This document shows, one piece after another, positions 19,149 to 29,505 of a stretch of DNA of 64,000 bases; position 1 is the stretch's first letter; each line of letters opens with the position of its first letter. The notes below the pieces were generated by a model that saw only the letters and a list, made by a program, of their open reading frames with translations, made no database searches and was not told the DNA's origin. This DNA comes from an uncultured archaeon (GTDB lineage: Archaea > Aenigmatarchaeota > Aenigmatarchaeia > QMZP01 > JACQNV01): NCBI GenBank assembly GCA_964410585.1, contig CAYPFW010000003.1, positions 32,001-96,000 of the forward strand, written 5' to 3'. A program made the position numbers and the translations under genes.

Positions 19149-21083
19149 TTACTTCTTCAAGGCGAAGAAGTAAACAGCCAATGCAATTATAATGATTACA
19201 ACAACTATTCCACCAATTAATAATGGATTAATTGGTTGTGCCGGAGTTGTTGGCTTTTCTTCTGCAGGAGGTGTTGTTTCTTTAGGTTGTTCTGTTGGCT
19301 TTTCTTCTGCAGGAGGTGTCTCAGCAGCTGGCGCCTTCTCAGCAACTATTGCAAATGTTGAAAAGCCAGGAGTTGTAGCTGTAAATGTTACGCTTGTATC
19401 ATCTTCTGATTTAACTTCTGTTGGCAAATCATTCCAAGCATCATTTGCAAACCTTTTCAATTTGATATCTGTTTTTTCAAAACTGTTTGCTGTTAGCCAT
19501 TCTTTTGTTACTTTGAACTCTACTTGGGCCTCTTTTAGTTTAGATGCTTCTAAACCCGTCACTGTTAAGCCTAAATATGCAAATACAGTCTCAGTTGACT
19601 CCAAATCTGAAACAGTCGAAGGCTTGCTTGACAATTTTTCAGCTTTGAATTGGACACTTGAAGCAGCCTCTGTAACTGTTAAAGAAACAGCCAAGACATT
19701 TGTTTCATCTGCTTTTGTTAATTCCAATCTAGTTGGTTTGTCTGCCTCTAGAGTTGAAAATAAACCTGAACTTGAAGATGCGACAGCACCTGCTCCGCCA
19801 CCACCACCGCCGCCACTGGTTCCGCCACCAGAGCTTGTAGCAGCTGTCATTGTGAATGTAGTTACTACTTGACCACTGTTGCCTGCTTCATCTGTTGCTG
19901 AAAGAGTAGCAGTGTATGTTCCAGCTAAGTTTGTATTTGTGTATAATGAATCACATCCAACTGTTTCTGTTCCACCAGAACCAGGTCTTTGAACAGTTAG
20001 CGATGTTGAAGTTATTGTATTGTTATCGCCTGTTGTACAATCTATATAGATAGCAGATCCTTGTTCACGTGAAGTAAGGGTATTTCCAGTTGCTGAAGGT
20101 CTAAATGCTAGACTTGTTGTAGGTGCTGTTCCATCTATTGTTAATGATATAGTAGCTGTGCCATTTTGGTTATTAGCAGAGTCATTTGCATATAGCTTAA
20201 TCACACAGGTACCATCATTTATATTGCAACCAAGAGCATCTGGTGTTGAATTAACTTGGAAAACATCACTACCATCAGCAACTCTACTCATTGAAACATT
20301 TGTACCGTTTGCTGCAAATACTTGATATGTTGTATTATCTCTTACTGTCACATTTATTTTAACTCCCTGTGTTCTGTTTACAACAGTATCATTTGTTAAG
20401 TTCAGGGTTTGCATTGGGATTAGTGTATCTCTTATTGTAAAGTTGATTGTTGTAAAGTTTGAGTGACCTGTTTGATTGAAAAGGAAAACAGTCATATTAA
20501 CCTGGGTATTATTACTTATGTTAGGAACAACAAATGTCCAGGAGAAATTACCAAAACTTTCTCTGCTATCAAAAGCAGGACCGCCCCCACTACTATTAGG
20601 GAATAGGAATCCAAATGTTCCATTAAACCATGTTATATTAGTTGAATTGACTAACTGCCCACCTATCCAAGACGAATTTGTAACATTTGTTAAAAAGAAT
20701 GTCTTATTGGTACCATTTGCAGTTACATTGCTGTTTGTAACGAAAGTGAAATTAAAAGGCAACCTAACTGTAAGATTTGTTAAATTATTAGTCCTATAAC
20801 CGGTAATATTTTCACCTGCAGTAAGGTTTAAAGCCAAAGTAAAATCAACAGTAGAACCTGGTTCCAAATAAATTGTGTGATTTGTTCTGATTGGCTGACC
20901 CGGACTCTGTTGTGCTGTACCTGTAGAATGATTAGACAAATTTGTCGTGATGTTAAATACTAGGAAGCCGTCTACTGGAGTATGTAAATTAACCAAAACA
21001 AGCAATAATGCAATTAATCCAACAAAAACAACTGTACCTTTAGCTAAACCAACTAGACCTTTATAATTAGTACTTGCCCCCAT
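19149..21083 (-). CDS. PGF-pre-PGF domain cell-surface glycoprotein, C-terminally anchored
   Basis: N-terminal hydrophobic segment, dense N-X-S/T sequons, Gly linker, F.V...W...W..LPT...TPGFSTFAI, P/T/E-rich linker, TM + KK. Confidence 0.88.
   Translation of the reverse strand: MGASTNYKGLVGLAKGTVVFVGLIALLLVLVNLHTPVDGFLVFNITTNLSNHSTGTAQQSPGQPIRTNHTIYLEPGSTVDFTLALNLTAGENITGYRTNNLTNLTVRLPFNFTFVTNSNVTANGTNKTFFLTNVTNSSWIGGQLVNSTNITWFNGTFGFLFPNSSGGGPAFDSRESFGNFSWTFVVPNISNNTQVNMTVFLFNQTGHSNFTTINFTIRDTLIPMQTLNLTNDTVVNRTQGVKINVTVRDNTTYQVFAANGTNVSMSRVADGSDVFQVNSTPDALGCNINDGTCVIKLYANDSANNQNGTATISLTIDGTAPTTSLAFRPSATGNTLTSREQGSAIYIDCTTGDNNTITSTSLTVQRPGSGGTETVGCDSLYTNTNLAGTYTATLSATDEAGNSGQVVTTFTMTAATSSGGGTSGGGGGGGAGAVASSSSGLFSTLEADKPTRLELTKADETNVLAVSLTVTEAASSVQFKAEKLSSKPSTVSDLESTETVFAYLGLTVTGLEASKLKEAQVEFKVTKEWLTANSFEKTDIKLKRFANDAWNDLPTEVKSEDDTSVTFTATTPGFSTFAIVAEKAPAAETPPAEEKPTEQPKETTPPAEEKPTTPAQPINPLLIGGIVVVIIIIALAVYFFALKK
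19248..19319. repeat. 27-bp direct repeat encoding a duplicated TPPAEEKPT linker
   Basis: tgttggcttttcttctgcaggaggtgt at 19248-19274 and 19293-19319. Confidence 0.9.
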
Positions 21084-21196
21084 AATACAATTTATTAGAT
21101 AAACTAGTATATAAATTTATCGTTATGATTTCACACATGATCAAAGGTTGACAATAAGATAAAAATGTTTGTCCATATCTATTGTGTATGTTGATT

Positions 21197-22087
21197 ATGA
21201 AAAAAATTGTCTTCAGTATATTTGCGAAAGCAGCGGGTTTTCTAGTAAAAAAAGGTGCTGGTAAAATACCGTATACAGGTACTCTATACAGTTTTTTATA
21301 CAATAAAATAAAACCCAAGGGGATTATTGAAATAGCCGTTGAGGGGAATAAAATGTTTGTAAACTCACATGACAGCGGTATTGCGCATTTTTTACTTGTT
21401 AACAAAAAATATGAAGAATTTGAAACACAACTATTCAAAACTTTTTTAAAACCCGGAATGGTTGTGATTGACATAGGCGCAAATATCGGTTATTATACCC
21501 TAATAGCAGCCCAAGCAGTTGGTAAACAAGGTAAGGTTTATTCATTTGAGCCTGAACCAAAAAACTATGAACTACTCACAAAAAATATTCAAGTAAATAA
21601 ATTCGAAAATACACACCCCATTCAAAAAGCTCTTTCAAATAAGTCCGGAAAAATAAAACTTTATCTCGATGAGAACAATTTAGGCAATCCATCAATATCA
21701 AAAAATAACATACCAGAAGAAAAAGGCTTTGTAGAAGTTGAAACATTGACACTAGATAGTTTTTTTCAAAACAAGATAAAAAACATTGATCTAGATATTA
21801 TAAAAATAGATGTTCAGGGAGCAGAAGGTCTTGTTCTAGAAGGCTCAGAAAACATATTAAAGAAAAATAATTTGAAAATTTTTATGGAATTTTGGCCATA
21901 TGGATTGAAAAATCTTAATACAGAACCACTAGAACTTTTGCGAAGGTTAGAGTTTTATGGATTTAAAATATTTTTAATCAATCCCAAAAAGAGAGTTTTA
22001 CAGTCATTGACAAAAAAAGAAATTATTGATTTATGTGAAAAAACTAAAGACGGCAAAGGCTTTGTTAACCTCCTTCTTGAGAAGTAA
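21197..22087 (+). CDS. FkbM-family methyltransferase
   Basis: DIGANIGYYT, SFEP, KIDVQGAE..VLEG, EFWP. Confidence 0.92.
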   Translation: MKKIVFSIFAKAAGFLVKKGAGKIPYTGTLYSFLYNKIKPKGIIEIAVEGNKMFVNSHDSGIAHFLLVNKKYEEFETQLFKTFLKPGMVVIDIGANIGYYTLIAAQAVGKQGKVYSFEPEPKNYELLTKNIQVNKFENTHPIQKALSNKSGKIKLYLDENNLGNPSISKNNIPEEKGFVEVETLTLDSFFQNKIKNIDLDIIKIDVQGAEGLVLEGSENILKKNNLKIFMEFWPYGLKNLNTEPLELLRRLEFYGFKIFLINPKKRVLQSLTKKEIIDLCEKTKDGKGFVNLLLEK

Positions 22088-23549
22088 ACCACCCCATCTC
22101 ATATGCACAGTTTCCTAATTCGGTTCTCCAAATATCTTTTTTTCCTGTTTCTTCACAATACAAACTTCCCTTCCATCTATTTTTACACAAATAAAATTTT
22201 TCATCTAAATCCCTGCAGCCAAAAGCATGTCCCAACTCATGTGCAACTGTTATATCAGTATAGGCACCTGCATCAAGAAGGATGAATTTTCCACCATAGT
22301 AAACACCACCAGACTCTCCGCCAGATGATGGTATTTTGGGGACCAAAATCATTATTACATCGTATTTATCAAAATCAACATGCTTCGCGAGATTAGTATA
22401 AGTTGAGCTTGTATAGAAGCCCTTACTAAACTCTAGGTCGGTTTCAATGTTTGATATGTTGAAATTATATGATCCTATAAAACTGAAATTCAAATCTATG
22501 ATATCCTTTCCATTATACCTAATTGCTTCTTGCTTATAGTATTTGCTTACATTATTTCCTATTTCTGAAAGATGCTGTTTAAAATAATCAACAAACGGAA
22601 TATCAACAAAAACAAAACCAATTTTTGTGCTTCCTTTCGGATCTAAGTATCTTGTTTGTGAAAACCAATTATCTATCCTATCTATACAACCTTCACCCGA
22701 TTCACAATCACCATCGACAAAGAAAATGTTTCCAACACAAACACCTTTATAGTTAAAAAAACCATCACCACACTTTGTTGCAGAGTCATCAAAAACTACA
22801 AATTCTCTGTATAAATTTCCAAAATTAGAATCAGCCTTTATCATCGCCACATCAAGCCTCTTGTCAAGTGTTTTTGTTCCAAGAAAATTTTTGGTTATTT
22901 TAGTCCCCTTTATTTTAATTGGTACTTCTTTGATCTCATTTGATTTTAATTTAATGCCTTTTGGTGCGTCTAGAATTTCTATTTTGTTTGAATTCCAAGT
23001 TAGGTTGCTTTCTATATCATGATTTTTGTTGTTTTTTATTATTACTTTTCCTTCAGACACCTGATTCAATTTTAAAAAGTGAGGTAGGGCAATATCAAAA
23101 TCCAAAGATGTTTTATGAGTCTTATTTTCTATCAAAAAACCACTATTGCAAACTTTATTTGAATTCCTATAGCAAATACCGCTACACACAACCCCATCAA
23201 AACATTGACAATCCAAACATTCAGAATTTTCAGATCCTTCACAAATTCTGTTGAAATTGCACAAGTTCGTTTGTTTTCTCTCGCAGCTACCATTGCAATA
23301 TATTTTACCATTATATTGAACAAAACCACCAATGCAAAGTTCTTTATAAGGACAAACCTTTGACAGTTTTGGTTCCTCAATATTTTTTGGTTGTTGGCTT
23401 ATTTCAGTTTGGTTAAAAGTGTTAATTTGTGTATTCTGTTTTGGTAAGCTTACATTCCCAACTTCTTTTGTTAAATTTAAGGTGTTGTTGTTTACATATA
23501 CTGCTGCTAAAAAAGATACAAAAACTATTGCAACTATAATTAATTTCAT
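22065..23549 (-). CDS. Membrane-anchored/secreted Cys-rich Zn metallopeptidase (metzincin-like)
   Basis: N-terminal TM, Cys-rich region, AHELGHAFGCRDL (HEXXHXXGXXD). Confidence 0.75.
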   Translation of the reverse strand: MKLIIVAIVFVSFLAAVYVNNNTLNLTKEVGNVSLPKQNTQINTFNQTEISQQPKNIEEPKLSKVCPYKELCIGGFVQYNGKIYCNGSCERKQTNLCNFNRICEGSENSECLDCQCFDGVVCSGICYRNSNKVCNSGFLIENKTHKTSLDFDIALPHFLKLNQVSEGKVIIKNNKNHDIESNLTWNSNKIEILDAPKGIKLKSNEIKEVPIKIKGTKITKNFLGTKTLDKRLDVAMIKADSNFGNLYREFVVFDDSATKCGDGFFNYKGVCVGNIFFVDGDCESGEGCIDRIDNWFSQTRYLDPKGSTKIGFVFVDIPFVDYFKQHLSEIGNNVSKYYKQEAIRYNGKDIIDLNFSFIGSYNFNISNIETDLEFSKGFYTSSTYTNLAKHVDFDKYDVIMILVPKIPSSGGESGGVYYGGKFILLDAGAYTDITVAHELGHAFGCRDLDEKFYLCKNRWKGSLYCEETGKKDIWRTELGNCAYEMGWFTSQEGG

Positions 23550-23551
23550 AT

Positions 23552-24511
23552 TTAAGAAATAGGATTTGATTGGTCTGGCTGACTCTGAACTATTGGAGCT
23601 GGTTCTTCTTTCTTCTTTTCAACTTCCTTGTTCAAATAAATTCTGTTTGTCCTTCCTAGTCTTTCTGTTTTTAACAGGCCTCTTTCTTCTAAATTCTTAA
23701 TAAGTCTTGATAAGGTTGCTTTTGAAAAGTCGCCTTTCTCCTGAATTTGCCTTTGTTTAGCTTTTCCACCTAGTTCTTCAAGAATTCCAATAACCTTTCT
23801 TTCATCATCCCTTAGGATTGTCATAGCTGTTTCAATCCCACCTACTCTGGTTCTATAGAAGAACAAAACAGCTATTGCAACAATAATTACACCAAACAAT
23901 AAATAAAACAGGCTTAAATCAGGCCCAACACTCTTGTATGTAGGTAAAGACTCAAAGACAATGTTTGCATTTATGCTATCCTCCTTGACAACATTTTCTT
24001 TAACCCACTCAACAAAAATTTTTCTGCCATCTGAACCCTTCACACCACTTTCTGGGGAATATGGTTTTAAAGACGATGACCCAGACAAAACTAAACCCTC
24101 TTCTAATTTCACTCTCAAAACCATTTTTTTTGCATTCAAAGGTGTTTTAGAGTTTATTTCAAATAGATAACCACTTTCAAGGCTCTTGGGGACCAAATCA
24201 GATTCAAACTCAAAGACAAGCGATCTCTGAATGCCTGTCGTATTTTCGAAATCACAAACTATTTTGCCTCCCCACTTTTCTTTTTGAAGATTGCAATCGT
24301 ATCCACCAAAATTGGCTTTATGCTGAAAATTGTTTATCTCAAAAAAGAAGGGCATTTCAATTCTGCCTTCTGGATTGTTCTCAAATGTTAGGAGAATATT
24401 ATACTTTGCTTTATCCAAATCTACAAGAACCTGATTTTCGTATATTGATAAATCAGAAGCAGAAGCTATTGGGATTATTAAGAGTGCAATTAATAAAAAT
24501 ACTAGTTTCAT
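23552..24511 (-). CDS. Membrane-associated winged-HTH protein (COG2512-like)
   Basis: Signal peptide, ectodomain, single TM, then LRDDERKV...QRQIQ...FSKATLSRLIKNLEERGLL...GRTN wHTH. Confidence 0.8.
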   Translation of the reverse strand: MKLVFLLIALLIIPIASASDLSIYENQVLVDLDKAKYNILLTFENNPEGRIEMPFFFEINNFQHKANFGGYDCNLQKEKWGGKIVCDFENTTGIQRSLVFEFESDLVPKSLESGYLFEINSKTPLNAKKMVLRVKLEEGLVLSGSSSLKPYSPESGVKGSDGRKIFVEWVKENVVKEDSINANIVFESLPTYKSVGPDLSLFYLLFGVIIVAIAVLFFYRTRVGGIETAMTILRDDERKVIGILEELGGKAKQRQIQEKGDFSKATLSRLIKNLEERGLLKTERLGRTNRIYLNKEVEKKKEEPAPIVQSQPDQSNPIS

Positions 24512-24542
24512 GCAGTATTATTTGTTTTAGTTATATTTCTGC

Positions 24543-25151
24543 TTAATTATCAATAAAAACATAGCCATTTGGGGTGTTTTTAACTTTTTTATATTCGCCT
24601 ATCATGGAAAGAAGAAATTTCATTGTGGCTAAATCAAAATCTTTCTTTGTTTTACCAGAGATAAAAATATTTTTGTTTTCAATTTTAACATAGGTGCTGT
24701 TTGCAAATTCAGGTGGTATTAAGACTATATTGTAAAACGGTGAATGATTAGTGATGTTTTGGTAGCTATCTATTTCTTCTGGAATATAATCTTTTGGTCT
24801 ATACCAAATGGGCAGCCTTTCCAACCAATATGTTAGTTTTATTGTTAATTCCAATGCCTCAACAGCATTGAGTGAGTTTGTTTCCTCTGTTCCCAATTTA
24901 TGAACAATATAAATTTTATCATTTTCATGGAAATAAAAATCTCTTTTAAAGTCTTCTAAGTTGGTTTCAACTATCTCAAAACCTATTTTTTCTGCTTCGT
25001 TGACATCATCCCTAAAGTTGAAAGAAACATTATTATAAAAGACTGTGATTATTTTTGAGTCATTCGGATTATTGGCGCTTATCGTTGTATATGCTCCAAC
25101 AAAAGCTACTAGAATTACTAAGATTGCTAGAACATAAAATACTTTTTTCAT
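24543..25151 (-). CDS. Hypothetical membrane-anchored protein
   Basis: N-terminal TM/signal, several sequons; no family recognised. Confidence 0.6.
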   Translation of the reverse strand: MKKVFYVLAILVILVAFVGAYTTISANNPNDSKIITVFYNNVSFNFRDDVNEAEKIGFEIVETNLEDFKRDFYFHENDKIYIVHKLGTEETNSLNAVEALELTIKLTYWLERLPIWYRPKDYIPEEIDSYQNITNHSPFYNIVLIPPEFANSTYVKIENKNIFISGKTKKDFDLATMKFLLSMIGEYKKVKNTPNGYVFIDN

Positions 25152-25184
25152 AATAAAAATAGAAGGAAGGATTTAAAAATTATT

Positions 25185-25241
25185 TGAACCGGCAAAAAAT
25201 AAGCCGGATTCAGTATAAAAATAAAACCTGGCCGAAGCCAG
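25185..25241 (-). terminator. Tandem hairpins downstream of the S-layer gene (terminator/stability elements)
   Basis: CTGGC-TTCG-GCCAG (25228-25241) followed by GTTTTATTTTTAT; second stem TGAATCCGGC-TTATTTTTT-GCCGGTTCA (25185-25212). Confidence 0.6.
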
Positions 25242-25246
25242 TTCAT

Positions 25247-27556
25247 TTAAACTTCTGCTTCTGTTCCTGTCAATTCAGAGTGAACTGAAGGTCCATCTGC
25301 AAGTATGTCTGTTGCTCTTCTTGTGTCTTCTGCTTCCCATCCAGCAACGACCAAAGCTACTTTTCCGCCATTGAAAGCGTTTTCATATAGCTTTATCCAT
25401 CCTTTGCCTTCTGGAATACCAGAGTCAGCTCCACATGCAGGGAATGTTTTTCCCATAAGCTCAGCTGTAACTTTGTTGACACAAGGTCCACCAACAGAGA
25501 TAACGTTGTTTGCGGTTTTATCAGCTGCTGTCAGTTCTGTATCTAGCTTTGCAACAGGTGTTCTTGCTGATGCGTGTTCAGCCGCTTCCTTTCCTAAGAA
25601 GACTGGAACACCAGCTCTGCTTTTTGGAACTCTTATTTTTATTGTCGATGTTGAAAGTTCTTCAGCTGTAGCACCATATGAGTTTGCTGAACCAACTCTT
25701 GCGTATGATGTTGTTCCTGTTCTTGCTAACCACCATGTACCATATGACACTGTTCTTAGGTTTCCTGTTCCAACCATCCAAGCATATGCAAATGAGTCAG
25801 AGTCTGCCGTTCCCCCGTAACCCAATGCAGCTGCAGATCTACCAGCGGTCGATGCATTAAATCTTGATGTGTTTGCGTGTATAGAAATGTTGTTTACATT
25901 GTTGTCCTGTGATTGTGGTAGTGTGATATCAACCTTATATTCTGGAAGGGCTGTAACAGTACCAGTTGCAGTAGATGTATCTGAGTTATTTAATGCGTTT
26001 ATTGCCCATCCACTGTTATCTAAACCAACCAGTGTTGGGGATGTTGAACTGTTTCCAAGTTTTGAAGAGTCTGTTTCATTTTCAACAAAGTACATTGCAC
26101 GAGAACTTGCAACAGTACCAAATACAGTTACCCAAAACTTATCTGTATCTTTACTTCCACCACCTGCCATTGAATCTATTCCAGATACTGTGAAGATTTT
26201 TGCTGCTTTACCATCTTGATCTGTTGCTGTAATCTTGGTAGCATAGGTATCAACTACACCGTCACCAAAGGTATTGATTCCACCATCAATTTGCTCCTGT
26301 GTAAAAGTTAGGTCATAGTATCCTGTTGTTCCCATTGTTTCAAGCCCAGATGATGTTGCACTTAAACCAGCTGGTGAAGGACCGAATTTTAGGTGTGCTA
26401 AACCGCCTGGAAGTTTTATTGAGTCACCAAGTTTAAGTGAGGTTGTACCTGTGTAAGACTTTATGTTGTAAAGACCAACTCTTCTTATTGCTTGTGGATT
26501 TGCTTGTGTATCTATAAAAACATACCAGTCGCCTTCGTACTTAGCACCATTTTTAAGTTCTAGAATTTCGCTAGCTTCACCTACAATCAAGTCTGCACTA
26601 CCTGTTTTAGATCCGCCTGATCCATAGACTTCGCCAACAGTACCTGAAACAACAGCCACTTTAACACCGCCTACTGTTACAATGTCACCTTGGTCAACTG
26701 TTGCTGTATCTGTTCCGACTTGAACACTTACTCTGTTATTTGTTATATCAACATTTGTAACCTTTACTGCTTTTGCACCTACTGTAATTTCTGTTCCAGA
26801 AACTACACCAGAGTGTTTTGCCCCTGTTTTACCTAATTGAATTTTTGTTCCATCTGAATTCACATCTATTACAACATGCTTTTCCCCAAGCCATGCAACT
26901 TCTTTACCTTCCAAATTTGCTGCAGAAATATTTCTTTCTGAAAATTCTAAGTAGTATGCAAGACCTGTTGTCCTAGTAGATGTACCTGATACTTTTAATA
27001 GTGTAAGCTTTTCAAAGTTTGCTTTTGAATCTGAAGCTGATGTTTCTGGAGCGACATCTGTATCTGTTGTTAGCGTATCGTTAACAACTTCTCTCCATTT
27101 ATAGGTTGTTCCACTTTTTAGTATTTCACCTTTGTTTAAGAAGCTTACTCCATATCCTCCAGCTTCACCCTTTGGAACCAAGACAAAAAATTGGCTTTCA
27201 GTTGTGCCATTTGATCCAGCTCTTTGTTTTTCTATACTGTTTCTTAAGTCTGAACCAGGTGCTACGTGCTCTGTTTTACCTTCTCCAAAAGAAACTTTTG
27301 GTGCTGTACCTGTTCCAGCTGCTGCAACCCTTGCATCTGCAAGTGCTACCTCTAAAGCAGACAATTGTGCATTTGCACCTACCACGTCTGGAACCGCAGC
27401 GCCACTACCTAGCGCCAAGATAAAGTCTTTTTGTGTTCCGTCAACGAATGGTGCAGGATATGTGCCTAAATCAGCTGCTCCAAATACACCGATACCCATT
27501 GTGGCACCAGTCATTACTGCAGCAAGCGACCCTGCCAATATTTTTCTTATATTCAT
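25247..27556 (-). CDS. S-layer protein (Methanococcus/Pyrococcus S_layer_N/S_layer_C type)
   Basis: MNIRKILA..GATMG...DL..YPAPFV N-terminus; C-terminal KLDTE...NVISVGGPCVNKVTA...LVVAGWEAEDTRRA; SD GGAGGT. Confidence 0.92.
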   Translation of the reverse strand: MNIRKILAGSLAAVMTGATMGIGVFGAADLGTYPAPFVDGTQKDFILALGSGAAVPDVVGANAQLSALEVALADARVAAAGTGTAPKVSFGEGKTEHVAPGSDLRNSIEKQRAGSNGTTESQFFVLVPKGEAGGYGVSFLNKGEILKSGTTYKWREVVNDTLTTDTDVAPETSASDSKANFEKLTLLKVSGTSTRTTGLAYYLEFSERNISAANLEGKEVAWLGEKHVVIDVNSDGTKIQLGKTGAKHSGVVSGTEITVGAKAVKVTNVDITNNRVSVQVGTDTATVDQGDIVTVGGVKVAVVSGTVGEVYGSGGSKTGSADLIVGEASEILELKNGAKYEGDWYVFIDTQANPQAIRRVGLYNIKSYTGTTSLKLGDSIKLPGGLAHLKFGPSPAGLSATSSGLETMGTTGYYDLTFTQEQIDGGINTFGDGVVDTYATKITATDQDGKAAKIFTVSGIDSMAGGGSKDTDKFWVTVFGTVASSRAMYFVENETDSSKLGNSSTSPTLVGLDNSGWAINALNNSDTSTATGTVTALPEYKVDITLPQSQDNNVNNISIHANTSRFNASTAGRSAAALGYGGTADSDSFAYAWMVGTGNLRTVSYGTWWLARTGTTSYARVGSANSYGATAEELSTSTIKIRVPKSRAGVPVFLGKEAAEHASARTPVAKLDTELTAADKTANNVISVGGPCVNKVTAELMGKTFPACGADSGIPEGKGWIKLYENAFNGGKVALVVAGWEAEDTRRATDILADGPSVHSELTGTEAEV

Positions 27557-27680
27557 ATTTTACCTCCAATTAAAGAAGATCCTTGTTTCGATATGATTTT
27601 GGGATCTCCACAAACATAAGTCTAGAGTCCTAGACCAGATTTCTGATATCTATTTGGTTTGGGGTATATATATCCTTTGC
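27557..27680 (-). promoter_or_regulatory. S-layer promoter (TATA ~27664-27673) and ~85-nt structured 5' leader
   Basis: GCAAAGGATATATATACCCC on the minus strand; hairpin gtctag-agtc-ctagac 27620-27635; gatcc/ggatc stem 27578-27606. Confidence 0.5.
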
Positions 27681-27810
27681 TTGGAACGATTTCACATGCT
27701 TTTTTTACCAAATTAAATTTTGGCTTTAGGATCCCGAATATAAATTTTAGCCAATTAACTGTTTCAAAAGGACAAAATTGTCATTTTAATTAAATCCAGA
27801 CTTCTTTTAC

Positions 27811-28488
27811 TCATCTTTTATTTAATCTGTATAATAAGCCTGTTTTTACTATATACAACAGAACTCCAAATACCATTTTAATCCCTCTAATGGTTTTGGA
27901 TTTAGATCTGTAGTTTATACTAACTTTAAACTGTCCGATTTTAAATCCTTTTTTAGCAGCCTGCGAAAGGATGCTATTCTCAATTATATAGCCACCATGT
28001 ATCTTAATTTGTTTTATTGAATCTGTTTTTGCAACAACAAAACCACAATTAGTGTCCTTAAGATTTGTTCCAAACAAGAAATTGAATGCTATCCTCCAAA
28101 CAATATTACCTATTTTATGTCTAAAGGGAACTTTTGACCAATCCCTATACCCCATTACAATATCAGAGTTTGATTTTGTTGCATAATTAAGAAGACCTTG
28201 TGCTTCTATTGGATTGTATTGTAAATCCGCGTCTAGAAAAATTACATAGTTAGTCTTCGGATAGTTTTCGTATATATATTTTAAACCTGTTTTTATCGCT
28301 TCTCCCTTGCCTTTATTTTCAGCATGTCTTAGGACGATAATACCAAAGGACTTTGATATCTCACATGTCCTGTCTGAAGATCCGTCATCAATCACTATAC
28401 TTTTCAATCCAACTTTATTCAACCCAATTATAACTTTTCCAATTGTTTTTTCTTCATTGTAAGCTGGGATCAAAACGATTGTTTCCAT
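27811..28488 (-). CDS. GT2 polyprenol-phosphate sugar synthase (DPM1/AglJ-like)
   Basis: LIPAYNEE, IDDGSSD, NKGKG.A, LDADLQYNP, DTNCGF. Confidence 0.88.
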   Translation of the reverse strand: METIVLIPAYNEEKTIGKVIIGLNKVGLKSIVIDDGSSDRTCEISKSFGIIVLRHAENKGKGEAIKTGLKYIYENYPKTNYVIFLDADLQYNPIEAQGLLNYATKSNSDIVMGYRDWSKVPFRHKIGNIVWRIAFNFLFGTNLKDTNCGFVVAKTDSIKQIKIHGGYIIENSILSQAAKKGFKIGQFKVSINYRSKSKTIRGIKMVFGVLLYIVKTGLLYRLNKR

Positions 28489-28533
28489 AATAATATAAGA
28501 TTTAGTTTATTAACTACTTAACAAGATATTTTT

Positions 28534-29505
28534 ATGGACGTTTCTGTTATTGTTCCTGCATATAATGCTGAAAAAACTATACAGACTACACTTTCCTCTC
28601 TACTAGATCAGTCTTTCAAGGGAATGTATGAAATAATAATTGTGAATGATGGGTCAAAAGACAAAACAGTTGGTATAGTAAAAAATATTATCAAAAAAAA
28701 TCCGAATATTAGGATAATAAATCAGATCAACAGAGGTCCAGCAGCTGCGAGGAATGCAGGTTCAAAGGCAGCTAATGGCAAAATATTACTTTTTACTGAT
28801 TCTGACTGTATTCCAGAAAAAAATTGGATAGAAGAAATGATATCGCCTTTCAAAAACAGCGAAATTGTTGGTGTTCAGGGCAGGTATAAAATTTTTAATA
28901 AAGACAGTTTGATTGCAAGGTTTGTTCAATATGAGATAGAGGAAAGATATCAAAGGATGGAAAAGCAAAAAAATATAGATTTCATTGGCTCATATTCAGC
29001 TGCGTACAAAGGGGAAACGTTCCTCAAATTTGGTGGGTTTGATGAACAATTCAAAAAAGCGTCTGGAGAAGATCCAGAAATTTCTTACAGAATGGCTGAT
29101 GCTGGACTAAAAATGGTTTTTGCGCCACATGCTATTGTATTACACCATCATCAAGACACACTTAAAAAGTACCTTAAAATGAAATATGGAAGAGGCTATT
29201 GGGGACATTTGCTTTATAAAAAACACCCAAAAAAGAAAACAGGACAGTCATACAACTCAATTTCCTATTTTTTACATATCATGCTAACATGTGTACTTGG
29301 CCTTCTTTTTGTTGCTTTCCTACCAATTAATTTTTTAGTTTCAATAACAATGGTGGCTGTTCTCCTAATTTTGTCTCTACCTTCTACAATACATATTTCA
29401 AAATTTGAGAAAAAATTTATTTTTATAGCACCAATTTTAATAAATTTAAGAAATTTAGCAATAGGACTTGGTATATTAGCTGCTGTATTAAAAGGAAAAA
29501 ACTAA
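28534..29505 (+). CDS. GT2 glycosyltransferase with C-terminal TM helices (AglE/AglI-like)
   Basis: SVIVPAYN, NDGSKD, GPAAARN.G, FTDSDC, GGFDE, GEDPE. Confidence 0.9.
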   Translation: MDVSVIVPAYNAEKTIQTTLSSLLDQSFKGMYEIIIVNDGSKDKTVGIVKNIIKKNPNIRIINQINRGPAAARNAGSKAANGKILLFTDSDCIPEKNWIEEMISPFKNSEIVGVQGRYKIFNKDSLIARFVQYEIEERYQRMEKQKNIDFIGSYSAAYKGETFLKFGGFDEQFKKASGEDPEISYRMADAGLKMVFAPHAIVLHHHQDTLKKYLKMKYGRGYWGHLLYKKHPKKKTGQSYNSISYFLHIMLTCVLGLLFVAFLPINFLVSITMVAVLLILSLPSTIHISKFEKKFIFIAPILINLRNLAIGLGILAAVLKGKN

